From contig JBGCDR010000140.1 in the NCBI GenBank assembly GCA_045105515.1, positions 1 to 41,041 of the forward strand: a stretch of 41,041 nt of DNA, read 5' to 3'. Below are positions 1-8,095 of the stretch, piece by piece (within the stretch, counting starts at the first letter, position 1; every line of letters starts with the position of its first letter). The translations under genes and the position numbers were made by a program. The stretch is from Oligoflexales bacterium (GTDB lineage Bacteria > Bdellovibrionota_B > Oligoflexia > Oligoflexales > Bog-1112). Under the pieces are notes generated by a model, which searched no databases, was not told the origin of the DNA, and saw only the letters and a program-made list of their open reading frames with translations.

Positions 1-134
1 GAAGATATTTAATTGCCGAAAATATGGTATTTTTCACTTATCACTGGAAAATAAGAAGATTTTTTAAAATTAATTTCAACCGCGATAAAAAAAACTGAGT
101 TGCAAAGGCAAGAATTTAGTTTCCGACCAGACAC
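1..134 (-). mobile_element. Partial IS-like element end, cut off by the window edge
   Basis: Minus strand reads TA|GTGTCTGGTCGGAAAC (119-134, TA at 135-136), 13/16 identical to TA|GTGCCTGATTGGAAAC at 40907-40922. It begins where the 76-477 ORF loses similarity to its family. Confidence 0.6.
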
Positions 135-477
135 TACTTAAATGAAACCATGACCCATATAATCTAGCTTGTTTTTCTCCATTAATATAGAGATGAGCAT
201 GCCCTTGTCCAGAAATGTGCTTTTTACCTGCATTAAGAGGAGAAAAACCAAAATTACTTGCTAGAATCTGGATATTCCATCCATCCATTGTATCTTTAAT
301 TTTGTTAACTCTAAGCCCGATTAACTTTGATTTTTTACCAAGTTCAATCGTCTTATTGTGATGATCATGATGGTCATGTTGATGTTTATGACCATCAGCG
401 TTAATATCTCGAATATTCGCAAATAAATAGACTAAAAACGCTGCAATAATTATGCTTGTATATCTAAATACCATCAT
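76..477 (-). pseudogene. Secreted His-rich hypothetical protein, probably C-terminally truncated by an IS insertion
   Basis: Hydrophobic N-terminus, HKHQHDHHDHH tract and GWN...NFGF...GHAHLYING...RLYGSWFH motif. The last ~18 aa (VWSETKF...) are read from the IS-like end. Confidence 0.6.
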
Positions 478-488
478 GTACCTCCAAT

Positions 489-1392
489 TTACTCCATAAA
501 AGTAACCTTGCAGTTAGCGGTATAACTTCCATTTTCCCTTAGACTTGAAATGTCAACCTTGCAATTTATTGGAGAAAAAAGTATAGTTTTTGGGTCAAAA
601 CTTTGATTTTTTGGTAAATGATAACGCTGTAAATAGAGTAGTCGCGAATAAACAAAGAAAGACTCATATTTTTCAAGTAGATTGAAGCTTTGTCCACTTT
701 CTCGATCACTAATCCTACTGACAACACATTGCGCTTCGCTAGCTTTCCATTGGCAGTTGATCTGACCATTTACACTTCCATTAGAATATTGATATGGTTC
801 ATTACCCTGGAGTAAATTTGCGATGGCAATAGCTTCAGTCCTTCCAAAGATTAGCTGATTAGACAAGCTAGGAAAGAAAAGGGGACAATTAATATTTTCA
901 GAATTTAAAGAACCTGCATTCCCGGTTTCAAAGCTACACTCTATCTCAGCTACCACATCCGATTCAAACCTAATATTTGCTCGAGATTCGATAACATAAT
1001 CCCAAATCTTTTTACTAAGTACATCTTCTAACTTGGTTTCTCCTAGTAAAAAGTTTTTTTTCAATGCCGATCTTGATGCTTTCTAAGCTCATTCCATCAC
1101 TATATTTTGGTATTTTTTTTGGTAAGAAAAAGCAGTTTTTATATGTACTATCTTGATTGCAATGTATCATTCCACGAATTTCTTGTGAGTTATTTTTCGA
1201 TATTTCGAGTCCATTTCTATTTCCCAAATCAAAAATCATGTCATAAAAAAATCGATTTTCTTTTGCTGAAAAGTATAATCGCTCACTGTTTTGTACAACA
1301 GCTTTTAGCTGTGACGATTCTGGATTTTTTGATTTACATGCAAGTATATTCAGGAGAGCTAAACCAGCTAATATTCTAACTAATCTCAACAT
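489..1392 (-). pseudogene. Lipoprotein with four Cys-pair repeats, split by a frameshift at an A8 tract (ORFs 1015-1392 and 489-1064)
   Basis: Lipobox-like ILAC after a signal peptide. The two ORFs overlap across the T8 at 1054-1061 (+ strand), and removing one base gives a single ~300-aa ORF (...IGIEKNFLLG...). IxC...C motifs occur in both halves. Confidence 0.65.
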
Positions 1393-1573
1393 CCACCCCG
1401 TTATTTAATTGTGTGCCTTCAATTATACACCCCATTTGATAGTTAGTTTTAGGAAACTATGAACAATGCTTAGAAACAAGCTGATTGAATCAATGACACT
1501 CATCATGTATATGCTGTAACTTGAGCCTACAGCTAAAAGCTGTAATAACTTTGACAAGCTTAGGAGCCCAAAT

Positions 1574-3193
1574 ATGCAGGCTAAACAGCGGGTACTTGTA
1601 GTCATTATGGATGGCGTCGGAATGCGGAATAATACCTTTGGCAATGCTGTAGCTCTTGCACATACTCCCTATTTAGACTATCTCAGCAAACTGCCTCTCT
1701 CTACAACTCTCAAAGCTCATGGTACTTATGTTGGTCTCCCAAGCGACAAAGATATTGGTAATAGTGAAGTTGGTCACAACACTTTTGGAGCAGGTAGAAG
1801 CTTCGCACAAGGAGCAACCCTCGTTCAAAATGCAATAATGAATGGCTCTTTATTCAAAAGCCCTTCCTGGCAGACTGCTATGAAAAGAAGCGCTAGTGGT
1901 GGAACCCTCCACTTTTTAGGCTTACTTTCTGATGGTAATGTCCACTCTCATGAGGATCATCTATATGCAATGCTAAGAAAATCCGCCGCAGAAGGCTGTA
2001 AAAGCATCCGAGTGCATGTTCTCCTAGATGGTAGAGATGTCAGCGAAAAATCCGCAGAAGTTTATGCCGAGCGATTAGAAAACACCCTCGCTAGCTTAAG
2101 GGAGCAAGGATGTGATGCCTATGTTGCCTCAGGAGGCGGTAGAATGCATATGACCATGGATCGCTATAATGCAGATTGGCAAATGGTTGAACGTGGCTGG
2201 GCAGTGCATGTTCAAGGTAAAGGTCCACTATTCCTCAATTTAAGTGCAGCAATCAATCACTACCGTAAAGATCCCAGCATCACAGATCAGTACATTCCCG
2301 GATTCTGTATTGGTGAGCATCAGGCGATTGGCACCATGAAAGATGGAGACAGTGTGCTCTTCTTCAACTTTCGTGGTGATCGTGCAATAGAAATTTCCCA
2401 AGCTTTTGAATCTGAGAATTTCTCCAGATTTGATAGAGGAAACAAATTGGAGATCTTCTATGCTGGTATGATGGAGTATGATGGGGATTTGCATATTCCA
2501 AAGAACTATTTAGTACAGCCTCCAGAAATTTCAGATACCCTGAGTGAATATTTAGTTTCTGAAAAAGTAAGTCAGTTTGCATGCAGTGAGACCCAAAAAT
2601 TTGGACACGTCACTTACTTTTGGAATGGTAACCGATCAGGTTATTTTGCCAAGGAATGGGAAGACTATTTAGAAATTGCATCTGACAATATTTCTTTTGA
2701 TTTAAGACCTTGGATGAAAGCTGCGGAAATAACTGAGGCAACAATTACGAGGCTAAAAAAAGGTTCTTTTACCTTCGGACGCATTAATCTGGCTAACGGA
2801 GATATGGTTGGTCATACAGGAAACCTAGAAGCTACAGTCATCGCTATGGCTACTGTTGATCAAATGCTTGGCCGACTTATCAAAGCTTGCAAGCAGACAG
2901 ACACTACCTTGGTAGTAACTGCAGACCATGGAAACTGTGATGAGATGTTTGAAGGTAAGGAGTCAGACTTCCCGCTTTGGAAAAATATACTCCAAAATCC
3001 ACGACCAAAGCCAAAAACTTCTCACACTCTAGCCGAAGTCCCCTTTTATATTTACGCTCCCAAAGGCTATGAAACCGGAACTTCTCTGATGAAACCAGGC
3101 GAGGGTACGATTGCCAATCTTGCCAATACCTGCCTCGACCTGCTTGGTTTGGCCCGAGTCGACCAATATGCTCCTAGTTTACTTATCACTTAA
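1574..3193 (+). CDS. gpmI: 2,3-bisphosphoglycerate-independent phosphoglycerate mutase
   Basis: Motifs MDG, GNSEVGH, SDGNVHSH, DGRD, NFRGDRA, ETQKFGHVT, DMVGHTG, TADHGN. AGGAG RBS. Confidence 0.96.
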   Translation: MQAKQRVLVVIMDGVGMRNNTFGNAVALAHTPYLDYLSKLPLSTTLKAHGTYVGLPSDKDIGNSEVGHNTFGAGRSFAQGATLVQNAIMNGSLFKSPSWQTAMKRSASGGTLHFLGLLSDGNVHSHEDHLYAMLRKSAAEGCKSIRVHVLLDGRDVSEKSAEVYAERLENTLASLREQGCDAYVASGGGRMHMTMDRYNADWQMVERGWAVHVQGKGPLFLNLSAAINHYRKDPSITDQYIPGFCIGEHQAIGTMKDGDSVLFFNFRGDRAIEISQAFESENFSRFDRGNKLEIFYAGMMEYDGDLHIPKNYLVQPPEISDTLSEYLVSEKVSQFACSETQKFGHVTYFWNGNRSGYFAKEWEDYLEIASDNISFDLRPWMKAAEITEATITRLKKGSFTFGRINLANGDMVGHTGNLEATVIAMATVDQMLGRLIKACKQTDTTLVVTADHGNCDEMFEGKESDFPLWKNILQNPRPKPKTSHTLAEVPFYIYAPKGYETGTSLMKPGEGTIANLANTCLDLLGLARVDQYAPSLLIT

Positions 3194-3205
3194 TCAGGAA
3201 AGATT

Positions 3206-4045
3206 ATGACAAGCGAAATACAAAACCAAGAGACACTCAGGGAATTTACTAAATTCTGTGAAACCATAGCCATGCTTAGGCATCCAGAGGACGGCTGTCC
3301 TTGGGATATCAAGCAAACTCATAAAACTCTACGTAGGTACATGATTGAGGAGGCATATGAAGCTAGTAATGCTATGGGCGGGGACCACCACGACTCTATT
3401 TGCGATGAACTAGGTGACGTCCTCCTGCAGGTGGTGCTTAATGCACAGATTGCTGCCGATAATGGCCACTTCAACATCACAGATGTGATTAAGAGTATCG
3501 ATAATAAGATGAGGCGACGCCACCCCCATGTTTTTCAAAAAGCTGAGCATAGTGGCAAGGTCGACCTAGACTCTCTACATCGTCAATGGCACAAGATTAA
3601 AGACCAGGAAAAAGGGAATAAATCATCTAGCGAAGATAGTGTATTTGCGCAAAAAAAGGTGGAAAAGGTCCATCCTGCGACTAGCCAGGCTAATAAGATT
3701 GGATACATTGCCTCAGATATCAGATTTGATTGGAGCAATTCTCAGGAAGTATTCGATGTATTAAAATCAGAATTTTTGGAACTCGAGCAAGCTTGGAATG
3801 AAAGTGATAAAAACGACCGAAGCCACGTTCTAGAAGAAATTGGCGATGTATATTTTTCCTTGGCGCAGTTATGCCGTCACCTAAAAGAAGATCCTGAAAT
3901 CATCGCCCAAGAAGGTAATAATAAATTTCTAAGGAGATTTGCCGGCCTTGAGTCACTGGCAAAAAAAAAAGGAATTCAACTGTTCCAAGCTAGCCGCGAA
4001 CAGTTCCTGCAATTGTGGAAAGATGTCAAAAATGCTGAGGGATAA
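3206..4045 (+). CDS. mazG: Nucleoside triphosphate pyrophosphohydrolase MazG (tandem domain)
   Basis: GCPWD..QTH, IEEAYE, DELGDVLLQV, RRHPHVF, EEIGD, KFLRRF. Confidence 0.94.
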   Translation: MTSEIQNQETLREFTKFCETIAMLRHPEDGCPWDIKQTHKTLRRYMIEEAYEASNAMGGDHHDSICDELGDVLLQVVLNAQIAADNGHFNITDVIKSIDNKMRRRHPHVFQKAEHSGKVDLDSLHRQWHKIKDQEKGNKSSSEDSVFAQKKVEKVHPATSQANKIGYIASDIRFDWSNSQEVFDVLKSEFLELEQAWNESDKNDRSHVLEEIGDVYFSLAQLCRHLKEDPEIIAQEGNNKFLRRFAGLESLAKKKGIQLFQASREQFLQLWKDVKNAEG

Positions 4046-4059
4046 TCTCTTATTTGAAG

Positions 4060-4170
4060 GAGATCCCTCAACTATGCTCGGGATGACAAAGAACTTGACA
4101 TTCAGTTGCTCACCTCACCACCTCGACTGAAATGGAAAGGGCTCAAAGTGAGATCCCTTGACCAAGCTCG
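4060..4170. repeat. Cluster of degenerate REP-like palindromic repeats in alternating orientation
   Basis: GAGATCCCTCAACTATGCTCGGGATGACA (4060-4088), an inverted degenerate copy (~4117-4144) and a partial copy GAGATCCCTTGACCAAGCTCG (4150-4170), between convergent mazG and rpsT. Confidence 0.65.
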
Positions 4171-4200
4171 AAACATCAGACTTCTGGAGATGGCGAACGA

Positions 4201-4482
4201 CTATTTGCTAAGACCAGCAAATTGGCCATATAAACGACCTACGCGACGAGAAGCATTATTCTTGTGCAAGATTCCTTTAGTAGCAGCTTTTTGTAAAGCT
4301 GACTGAGCAGTCTTGAAAAGTCCAAGAGCCTTGTCTTTATCGCCTTTACCCTGCTTAAGCTCGTCAATAGCTGTTTGGTAACTTTTGACAGCAGACTTTA
4401 CCATGGAAAGGTAACTTTTATTCTGAATTTTTTTACGCTCGCTTTGACGAGCTCTTTTCTTTGCCGACTTATGATTAGCCAC
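4201..4482 (-). CDS. rpsT: 30S ribosomal protein bS20
   Basis: MANHKSAKKRARQ...KGILHKNNASRR. GTG start with GAGGT SD. Confidence 0.97.
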   Translation of the reverse strand: MANHKSAKKRARQSERKKIQNKSYLSMVKSAVKSYQTAIDELKQGKGDKDKALGLFKTAQSALQKAATKGILHKNNASRRVGRLYGQFAGLSK

Positions 4483-4570
4483 GCACGACCTCTATACTAA
4501 AATAGGTGTGGAGCACCAGCTAACTAAAACTTTAGCCAAAGCCATTACACCACAACGATTGATGTTTAAA

Positions 4571-4681
4571 TTACTTCTTTTCCTGAGAGTCAGCGATTTT
4601 TTTCTTTACCGCTGCCTGCTTCTTTTGTTGCGCTTTTCGGCGTCTCATTTTGCGAGTAAGCCGATTGTCTCCACGTCCCAT
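4571..4681 (-). CDS. 36-aa basic small protein in the ribosomal protein operon (MGRGDNRLTRKMRRRKAQQKKQAAVKKKIADSQEKK)
   Basis: Translated by hand. ATG at 4681 with GAGGT SD 7 nt upstream, 19 nt after the rpmB stop. 15 of 36 residues are K/R. Confidence 0.8.
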   Translation of the reverse strand: MGRGDNRLTRKMRRRKAQQKKQAAVKKKIADSQEKK

Positions 4682-4700
4682 ATCTAAAACCTCATGTCTA

Positions 4701-4931
4701 TTACTTTAGTTTCAATCCAACTTTTTTTGCATAAGCATCAAGACCGATCTTATCAACTGTCCTGATAGCCGCGGTGCTAAGCTTCAGTGTGACAAATTTA
4801 TTTAAATCAGCTGACCATACACGTCGTTTCTGAATATTTGGCAAAAACCTGTGCTTAGTCTTGATGTTAGAGTGAGAAACTCTATGTCCAACCTGAGCTT
4901 TTTTTCCAGAAAGTTCACATACTCTCGACAT
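4701..4931 (-). CDS. rpmB: 50S ribosomal protein bL28 (form lacking the full Zn ligand set)
   Basis: MSRVCELSGK...VSHSNIKTKHRFLPNIQ. Confidence 0.97.
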   Translation of the reverse strand: MSRVCELSGKKAQVGHRVSHSNIKTKHRFLPNIQKRRVWSADLNKFVTLKLSTAAIRTVDKIGLDAYAKKVGLKLK

Positions 4932-4942
4932 TTGCTTTCCTC

Positions 4943-5404
4943 CTACTTCTCAGCCATTGGCTTGCTTTTGTTTTCTGAACGAGCTGGCTTGTCCTCACTT
5001 GAGGCTGGTCCACGTCCTTCAGGTCCACGTCCTTCAGGCTTACCACCATCTTTAGAAGTTGCCCGGCCACGCAAAGAAGCAGCTGCAAATGCCTGAGCTA
5101 CTGTTTGCATTTCTCCAGCAAATCCTCTTTCAACTTCATGAGCTGATGATGAAGGAATTAAAGATAAGAACCTTGCGCGTTTGATTGCAAGGGTAATTTT
5201 CCTTTGCTGTAATGCAGTAGCACCAGAAATTCTACGAGGAATAATCTTGCCTCGATCAGTAATGAAACGCTTTAGAACTTCAGGATTTTTATAGTCTATA
5301 ATTAGACTTGGATCCAGGGTACGTTTACGACGCATCAAAAAGCGACGTCTTTTCTTTTTAGCTGCAGACTTCACATTGCCTCCATAATGACTTTTAACGC
5401 CCAT
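4943..5404 (-). CDS. rpsR: 30S ribosomal protein bS18 (Cys-free, long C-terminal extension)
   Basis: [26 protein letters not shown]...[19 protein letters not shown]. Confidence 0.95.
   Translation of the reverse strand: MGVKSHYGGNVKSAAKKKRRRFLMRRKRTLDPSLIIDYKNPEVLKRFITDRGKIIPRRISGATALQQRKITLAIKRARFLSLIPSSSAHEVERGFAGEMQTVAQAFAAASLRGRATSKDGGKPEGRGPEGRGPASSEDKPARSENKSKPMAEK
5007..5036. repeat. Perfect 15-bp tandem repeat (2 copies) encoding PEGRG x2 in the rpsR extension
   Basis: ggtccacgtccttca occurs at 5007-5021 and 5022-5036. Confidence 0.85.
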
Positions 5405-5409
5405 TTCTT

Positions 5410-5478
5410 GGACGCCCCTCTTGGGATTAACTACCTGTAATGTAGTAAGGGTACAAAGCGCGATACAGAGGGATGCCC
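5410..5478 (-). promoter_or_regulatory. Putative structured 5' leader of rpsR that sequesters the SD
   Basis: On the mRNA, GGGCAUCCCUCU pairs at 11/12 positions with AGAGGGGCGUCC, which contains the SD. There is an inner ACUAC/GUAGU hairpin flanked by unpaired CCC runs. Confidence 0.5.
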
Positions 5479-5512
5479 CCAGCCCGCATATACGCTCCTA
5501 TCCGAACCGAGA

Positions 5513-5541
5513 CTTTTAACCCATTTTTTTATGCTTGGCAA
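5513..5541 (-). promoter_or_regulatory. Possible sigma70 promoter of the rpsR operon
   Basis: TTGCCA-N17-TAAAAG upstream of the leader. The -10 element is imperfect. Confidence 0.3.
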
Positions 5542-5641
5542 GCCCATAAGCTATGCCTACACCATCATCCATTGCCAAGTTGTAATTTCCATAATAAACA
5601 TAGAAGGCTCAGTCAAAAACGTATCTGCCTATGGATAATTC

Positions 5642-7972
5642 GTGACTTCTATTGATCGAAAAATAGTTAAAATTGCAGTGCCTTGCCCGCTTCCTCAAGC
5701 ATTTTCGTATCTTACCAGAGACCAAATCCCTAAGATAGGAGCTCGGGCTAAAGTTCCTTTTGGCCCCAGGTACGTCATTGGTATAGTCTTAGAGGTTCTT
5801 GACTACGAGCACGCGAAGGCACAGCTTAATTCAAACATCACCCTAAAACCCCTTCATTCTGTTCTCGACGAACAACCGATTTTCAAGAAGCCACTCCTTG
5901 AACTAGGCTTGTGGATGAGTCGCTACTATTTTCATCCAATTGGAGAAGTGTTTAAGACCATGCTCCCTGCTTCGATACAGAGAAAAAAGAAAGAAACTTG
6001 GAACTTATCTGAGCTAGGACTTGCATGCCTGCAAGACGAAGAAAATCCACTATCCCCTCTGTTAAACCACCTCTTCCCACGAGGAAAAGGCCTTACTCTA
6101 AATACCCTGAAGAAAAGATGGCAAAAGCATTTTGAGGCTCATGAGCCAATGCCTGATTTTCCCAAACTCGAAAGTCTGATCAAAAAAAAGATCTGTACCA
6201 AGGAACTCACTAAAACCGTTACCCATAGACAGCAGATTGAGATCACTCCCCTTGAAACCACATCAACTAGTGCTCAAGCATGTAACCGCACCTTAACAGC
6301 TGAACAAGAAGCAGCAGTAGGTACCATCACTAAAAGTATAGAGTTAGAGGAGCTCCCAAAGCCTATCCTGCTGTGGGGGGTCACAGGCTCAGGGAAAACT
6401 GAGGTATACCTACAGTCCATTGCCTACTTGCAAGCACATACCTCTGGCGCCCAGACTCTTGTCTTAGTTCCAGAGATATCTTTGACCCCTCAAATAACTC
6501 GAGTCTTTTCGGATAGATTTGGCCAAGATGTAGCTGTGGTCCACTCAGCACTTAGCGATGAACAGCGTTGGAGAGTTTGGGAACAGGTTCGTTCAGGAAA
6601 AGTCTCAATTCTCATTGCCCCACGCTCTGGGATATTTGCTCCCTTTTCCAATCTAAAACTCCTCATCGTTGATGAGGAGCACGATTCAAGCTATAAGCAA
6701 AATACCGGTCTCCACTACCATGCTCGTGATATTGCAGTCTTGCGAGCAAAGATGGAAAATGCCTGCTGTATATTGGGTTCAGCCACTCCTTCACTAGAAA
6801 GCTTTCATAACGCAGACAAACAACGATACCAACTGGTGCGATTATCGCAAAGAGTTACGGGTGCTAAGCTGCCTGAAATCATTCTCATTCCCTCAAACAC
6901 AAAACAAGTGGGCCAGTTACTAAACTCACGCGAATTAGCAAGCGGCAGCGCTCATCCTGGAGCAACTCCAATTTCAAGCAAAATTGTCGAGGCTTTAAAG
7001 GCCAACCTTAATAGAGGCAACCAAGCAATCGTCTTGGTAAACCGGAGGGGATATGCTTTTTACCTGTTCGATGTGATCAACAAAGAAGTGGTTCGATGCC
7101 CTGCTTGCAGCATAAGCCTCACTTTACACAAAAAAAGCTTGCGACTTAAATGTCACTACTGCGAGTTCAGTACCACTTTTGAACAAATCCAAGAAGAACA
7201 GCCTGATTCAAAATTCTTTGCCATCGGCTATGGAAGCCAAAAAGCAGAAGAGCATCTTAAGATGCAAGTCCCTGAAGCCAGAATTGCCCGCCTAGACTCT
7301 GATACTGCAGCAAACCGCCTATCCATGTATGCGAAACTCGAGGATTTTCGCCGAGGTGATATTGATATCTTAGTGGGCACTCAGATCTTGGCAAAGGGAC
7401 ATGACTTCCCCAAAGTTACTCTGACAGTGCTGTTAGATTGTGATCAAATGCTTAACCTGCCAGATTTTAGATCTGGAGAAAAAACCTTCCAGCTAATGGT
7501 GCAGGCGGCGGGAAGATCTGGAAGAGGTGACCAAGCTGGGAAAGTTATGATCCAGAGCTTAGAGGTTGACCACCCTATTGTTATGACAGGCCTTAAACAT
7601 GACTACGCTAGCTTTGCAGAAGGCGAGCTAAATTTTCGCAAGGCACATAATTATCCACCTTTCTCACGGCAAATCCTCTGGGAATTATCGGCAAAAAGTT
7701 CAAAAGGTCTTGAAGTTTACTGTGATAAGATCGAAAGACAGCTTGAGGCTTTCTCCCATAAATGTCCCAATATTTTTAAAGTATTGAGAATCTCAGGGCC
7801 TAACCCTCCAGCAATCGAAAAAATCATGGATCGTTATCGGAGAGTAATGCTTATAAGCTCAACTGAGCTTAAAACCATGCATCAATTTAACGCCAATTTA
7901 ATGGCCACTATTCCACGCCCTCCAAGTGATATTCGCCTGCATGTTGACGTAGATCCCCAAAGCTTGCTTTAA
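5642..7972 (+). CDS. priA: Replication restart helicase PriA
   Basis: GVTGSGKTEVY, LVPEISLTPQ, DEEHDSSYKQ, GSATPSLES, NRRGY, GTQILAKGHDFP, QAAGRSGR. Confidence 0.96.
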   Translation: MTSIDRKIVKIAVPCPLPQAFSYLTRDQIPKIGARAKVPFGPRYVIGIVLEVLDYEHAKAQLNSNITLKPLHSVLDEQPIFKKPLLELGLWMSRYYFHPIGEVFKTMLPASIQRKKKETWNLSELGLACLQDEENPLSPLLNHLFPRGKGLTLNTLKKRWQKHFEAHEPMPDFPKLESLIKKKICTKELTKTVTHRQQIEITPLETTSTSAQACNRTLTAEQEAAVGTITKSIELEELPKPILLWGVTGSGKTEVYLQSIAYLQAHTSGAQTLVLVPEISLTPQITRVFSDRFGQDVAVVHSALSDEQRWRVWEQVRSGKVSILIAPRSGIFAPFSNLKLLIVDEEHDSSYKQNTGLHYHARDIAVLRAKMENACCILGSATPSLESFHNADKQRYQLVRLSQRVTGAKLPEIILIPSNTKQVGQLLNSRELASGSAHPGATPISSKIVEALKANLNRGNQAIVLVNRRGYAFYLFDVINKEVVRCPACSISLTLHKKSLRLKCHYCEFSTTFEQIQEEQPDSKFFAIGYGSQKAEEHLKMQVPEARIARLDSDTAANRLSMYAKLEDFRRGDIDILVGTQILAKGHDFPKVTLTVLLDCDQMLNLPDFRSGEKTFQLMVQAAGRSGRGDQAGKVMIQSLEVDHPIVMTGLKHDYASFAEGELNFRKAHNYPPFSRQILWELSAKSSKGLEVYCDKIERQLEAFSHKCPNIFKVLRISGPNPPAIEKIMDRYRRVMLISSTELKTMHQFNANLMATIPRPPSDIRLHVDVDPQSLL

Positions 7973-8095
7973 CAGTAAAGGAGCTTATTCTTTGTATGTT
8001 GCAAACGAACTCCAATGCAGCGCAACAAACATGCTAGCATGACATTAAGTAGAAGCAGAGCAGCAGTGGTCAGCTTTTCAGTATAAAGGGATGAA

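Noticed and set aside
3206..4045. MazG as an anti-phage or toxin-antitoxin component
   Set aside because: Canonical tandem-domain housekeeping MazG co-transcribed with gpmI, with no mazEF or defence genes nearby
4060..4170. Mini CRISPR array
   Set aside because: Repeats are degenerate, alternate in orientation and are irregularly spaced. No cas genes are present.
5575..5600. Zur/Fur box upstream of the Cys-minus ribosomal genes
   Set aside because: AT-rich, but no convincing palindrome
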